The notes under the pieces were generated by a model, which ran no database searches, had not been told where the DNA came from, and saw nothing but the letters and a program-made list of their open reading frames with translations. A program made the translations under genes and the position numbers. A stretch of DNA of 19,298 nt from an uncultured archaeon (GTDB lineage Archaea > Asgardarchaeota > Lokiarchaeia > Sigyniarchaeales > SOKP01), in assembly GCA_964632315.1 (NCBI GenBank), contig CAZWEM010000059.1, positions 1 to 19,298 on the forward strand. Reading direction: 5' to 3'. Positions 16,326 through 19,298 of the stretch are shown piece by piece. The first letter of the stretch is position 1; every line of letters begins with the position of its first letter.

Positions 16326-17601
16326 GAAAAGTCACCTCTCCCTGTAATTTCTCTAGGTTTTGCGTTAAAACTCTAAAAACTCCATATAAGCAGATAGCCA
16401 GTACTATTGTAGGTAAAAAGTTAAAGGGAAAAATTACATATATAAGAAACCATGCACCGATGAAGACAATGTCAAGAAAGTTGAAAAAGAATAATCCCCT
16501 TTTAAATAAGTTAACCATAATCTCTTTCCGGGGTAAGTTAAAAATAATAATGATGAGGAGTGGAATTAAATTTAATAAATGATGATCCCAAGTATCAAAA
16601 TAAGTTAAGAACATGATTAAAATGCCAAGGGTATATCCATAGATGATGGAATGCTTCATTTTTTTTCTAATTACATAAAAACTGAAACCTAAGATGCCAG
16701 TTATTCCCACAATCGTTATTAATACCCAAAGTTGGCTATAAGGAAGGTTAAAATAGAAACAAAAATTTATAATTAATTTTGTAAGGCTGAAAGAAAAATT
16801 TAACGCTGAAGCATTACTTCCTGTAAAATTTGTAGCAAGAAAACCATTCCATAATCGTGGATATAAAAAGAAAAAGATGAAATTTAAAGAGACAGGAAGT
16901 AGTAGTCCTAAAATCCTAATGAATGATTTGATGAAATTAAACTCGAACTTTTTTGTTTTAAGATCAAATCTGATTAATAAGAGAAAAGGTACCAAGAACA
17001 CGGTAGTTGGTTTAATTATAATACTAATACCTAAAATCAAGCTTGCTAAAAAGTTACTTGCATTTGAATTTCGACTTAAAAATATTAATAGAGAAGCTAA
17101 AATGAAAAAAGTTACATACAAATTTATCTGACCATGAATATAATTTAAAATGTGTGGTGCTGCCATGAGATAAAGGCTAATATAAAGAATTACACGCTTA
17201 TTATCTCTCTCATGATCTTTCCCTTTCACTAGTATTATGATTTTATATAAAAGTAAAATGATGAGAATGTTAATGAAAAAATTTAAAATATTAAATATAA
17301 CAAATGAGGCTTCGAAATCCAAGATCGAGAATGGAATGAAAAAGAACGCGGAAAGGGGAAAATACCTAAAATCCCATAAATACTTGGTTTGATCATAAAG
17401 ACTTCCAATATCAGTAAAAATGAGTTTACTGGACTCATAAAAAATAATAAAATCATTTTGATTTGATAACAATAGGAAAAATAAGACGATTGATAAAGAT
17501 AAGTAAACAATCTGGATGAAAATGGCGATTCTAAATATTTTTCTCTGCCAAAACAATACCAATGTGTTTTTAGTCTCTGTAAATAACTCGAGTACACTCA
17601 T
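16315..17601 (-). CDS. GT-C fold glycosyltransferase, family 87 (DUF2029/PimE-like), copy 1
   Basis: 428 aa polytopic protein. NDFIIFY, FRYFPLSAFFFIPF, GQINL, IKP, WDHHLL. Clear paralog of 14279-15577 (shared NKRVILYISLYLM, GQINLYVT, YFDTW). Confidence 0.85.
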   Translation of the reverse strand: MSVLELFTETKNTLVLFWQRKIFRIAIFIQIVYLSLSIVLFFLLLSNQNDFIIFYESSKLIFTDIGSLYDQTKYLWDFRYFPLSAFFFIPFSILDFEASFVIFNILNFFINILIILLLYKIIILVKGKDHERDNKRVILYISLYLMAAPHILNYIHGQINLYVTFFILASLLIFLSRNSNASNFLASLILGISIIIKPTTVFLVPFLLLIRFDLKTKKFEFNFIKSFIRILGLLLPVSLNFIFFFLYPRLWNGFLATNFTGSNASALNFSFSLTKLIINFCFYFNLPYSQLWVLITIVGITGILGFSFYVIRKKMKHSIIYGYTLGILIMFLTYFDTWDHHLLNLIPLLIIIIFNLPRKEIMVNLFKRGLFFFNFLDIVFIGAWFLIYVIFPFNFLPTIVLAICLYGVFRVLTQNLEKLQGEVTFHEI

Positions 17602-17622
17602 CTAAAATGGTCAAACTATAGA

Positions 17623-17650
17623 TTATTAGATTTATGAATATATCTAATAA
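17623..17650. promoter_or_regulatory. Inverted repeat in divergent promoter region (candidate transcription-factor operator)
   Basis: TTATTAGAT-N10-ATCTAATAA within the 72-nt gap between the GT87 operon and the isomerase gene. Confidence 0.4.
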
Positions 17651-17673
17651 ATTAAATTTTTTAATAAAAAAAA

Positions 17674-19125
17674 ATGAGATCAAATATGTCATTCATTAAT
17701 AAACGAGATGAAAGGGTAAAACCTACATTTGGAATCATTGTCGGGAACAGAGATGTCTTCCCAGATACGCTAGCTAGGGAAGGTAGAGTTGAGATTATTG
17801 AATTAATGAAACAAATGAGCTATAACTATATTATTTTATCTGAAGAAGATACAAAATACGGTGTAGTTGAAACTCGTGATGATGCGAAAAAATGTGCTAA
17901 GTTATTCAAAGATAATAGAGAAAAGATTTTGGGAGTGATTATTTGCCTTCCAAATTTTGGTGATGAAAAAGGTTTAGTGACAAGTCTTAAATTGGCAGAT
18001 CTTAAGGTACCAGTGTTGATCCAGGCATCATCAGATGAAATCGATAAAATGGGAAGAGCCCATCGAAGGGATGCCTTCTGTGGAAAAATATCCGCATGTA
18101 GCGTGTTATATCAACATGGAATACCTTTTACCTTGACTAGTTCCCATACTTGTGCCATAAATTCTAAAGAATTCCAACAAGATATTCTCAAATTTGAAAG
18201 TACGTGCAAAATTGTTAAAGGATTGAAGAATGCTAGGTTTGGTCAAATAGGCACTCGTCCAGATGCTTTTGAAACTGTAAGATATAGCGAAAAGATATTA
18301 CAATATAATGGAATCACCATTGAAGCAATTGATTTATCAGAAATTTTAGGTGCGATTAATAGATTAAACGATAATGATCCAAAAATCGATGATAAAATCC
18401 AATTTATCAAGAATTATACTCCTACTAAAGAATTTCCAGAAGAAGCACTACTCAAATTGGCAAAATTGGCTGTAGTTGTTGAAGATTGGGTAATAGAAAA
18501 TGAGCTTGATGGCTTTGCTTTTCAATGTTGGCCATCTATCCAGGACAATTTCGGAATCGTCCCCTGTGCCATTATGAGCATATTTAGCGAAGGATTGGTA
18601 CCAGCAGCTTGTGAGGTTGACATTTCTGGATTAATAGGTATGTATATATTACAATTAGCTTCTGATACTCCCTCAGCAATTTTAGATTGGAACAATAACT
18701 ATGGAGATGACCCTGATAAAATGGTCCTTTTTCATTGCAGCAATCTACCTAAGTCATTCTTTAAAGACACTAGAATAACCGTCCATCCAATCATTTCGGA
18801 TCAGAAGGGGGATGAGGTTACCTTCGGAGCAATTCAAGGTCGAATTAAAACTCGCCCTTGTACTCTCTTAAGAGTTGAGACAGATGATCTTTATGGAGAA
18901 ATAAAAGCATTATTAGTTGAGGGGGATTATACTGATGATGAGCTCAATACTTATGGAGGATTTGGAGTTGTCCATATCCCTGGCCTGCAAGACATTCTTA
19001 GGACGTTATGTGAAGAAGGCTTCGCTCATCATGTGGCTGCAAGCTTGAGTCAAGTTGGAGATATCGTGTATGAAGCGCTAACGAAATACTTGGCGTGGAC
19101 GTTAATTTATCATAATACGCCATAG
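17674..19125 (+). CDS. L-fucose/L-arabinose isomerase family protein
   Basis: 483 aa. GIIVGNRDVFP, NFGDE, RRDAFCGKIS, QCW, PAACEVD, FHCSNLP and GFAHH match the FucI/AraA-like family. The start could be 17686. Confidence 0.88.
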   Translation: MRSNMSFINKRDERVKPTFGIIVGNRDVFPDTLAREGRVEIIELMKQMSYNYIILSEEDTKYGVVETRDDAKKCAKLFKDNREKILGVIICLPNFGDEKGLVTSLKLADLKVPVLIQASSDEIDKMGRAHRRDAFCGKISACSVLYQHGIPFTLTSSHTCAINSKEFQQDILKFESTCKIVKGLKNARFGQIGTRPDAFETVRYSEKILQYNGITIEAIDLSEILGAINRLNDNDPKIDDKIQFIKNYTPTKEFPEEALLKLAKLAVVVEDWVIENELDGFAFQCWPSIQDNFGIVPCAIMSIFSEGLVPAACEVDISGLIGMYILQLASDTPSAILDWNNNYGDDPDKMVLFHCSNLPKSFFKDTRITVHPIISDQKGDEVTFGAIQGRIKTRPCTLLRVETDDLYGEIKALLVEGDYTDDELNTYGGFGVVHIPGLQDILRTLCEEGFAHHVAASLSQVGDIVYEALTKYLAWTLIYHNTP

Positions 19126-19298
19126 ATCCAAGCTCGAAGATTGATTGGATTACTCTCTCGAGTTCCTATATTATACATTTCGATATTAATAATAATATTA
19201 TTATCCTAGTATTTTCGATGGACGTCAGGCAATTTAATTATGCAGAAAAATGAATTTATCATCACCTGACATTTGAAGCGATTTCTTTCTTCCGACGA

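Noticed and set aside
1047-17597. Short ORF-track entries (1047-1328, 3378-3638, 8915-9139, 9959-10177, 10161-10373, 10731-10955, 12020-12205, 14284-14466, 14349-14543, 14808-15221, 16877-17131, 17283-17597)
   Set aside because: All overlap well-supported genes, antisense or in another frame, and lack motifs; treated as shadow ORFs.
19224-19270. Minus-strand box C (GTGATGA) and box D (CTGA) suggesting a C/D sRNA; also a 6-bp IR GTCAGG/CCTGAC
   Set aside because: Only 30 nt between the boxes, no credible C'/D' pair with two guides, and a poor terminal stem. It may simply be the 3' end of a gene entering from beyond the window.
1-19298. tRNA-anchored integrated element or CRISPR array
   Set aside because: No integrase, no duplicated tRNA 3' end (att site) and no regularly spaced repeats were seen.

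Overview
AT-rich archaeal chromosomal window, most consistent with an Asgard archaeon (Lokiarchaeia-like). This assignment is inferred from gene content, not from a search. The window holds 13 well-supported CDSs and two tRNAs. In order: tRNA-Gly(CCC); an EF-2 paralog lacking the diphthamide histidine loop; a divergently transcribed aCPSF1/FttA; a stand-alone LRR protein; a NapH/MauN-like membrane ferredoxin; an HD-family dGTPase-like protein; a ~140-nt highly base-paired intergenic element (candidate novel ncRNA); and a tRNA-Gln(CTG) split by two BHB introns (37/38 and 59/60). A minus-strand run of eight genes follows, read in transcription order: GT87, surface glycoprotein, GT87, CcdA/RcnA-like membrane protein, a 799-aa Zn-finger/5x winged-helix/appendage-like protein, NikR-like regulator, Fe-S protein, parvulin. 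The window ends with a divergent fucose/arabinose isomerase-family gene. Best leads are (1) the 799-aa protein, whose tandem winged helices resemble the eukaryotic UFL1/DDRGK1 UFM1 E3 ligase and are fused to nested Zn fingers and a coat-adaptor-like appendage, (2) the structured element at 8452-8590, (3) the coupled GT87-substrate-GT87-CcdA-like surface-modification operon, and (4) the double-intron tRNA. No CRISPR array, transposase or integrase was seen. All family calls are by motif recognition only.
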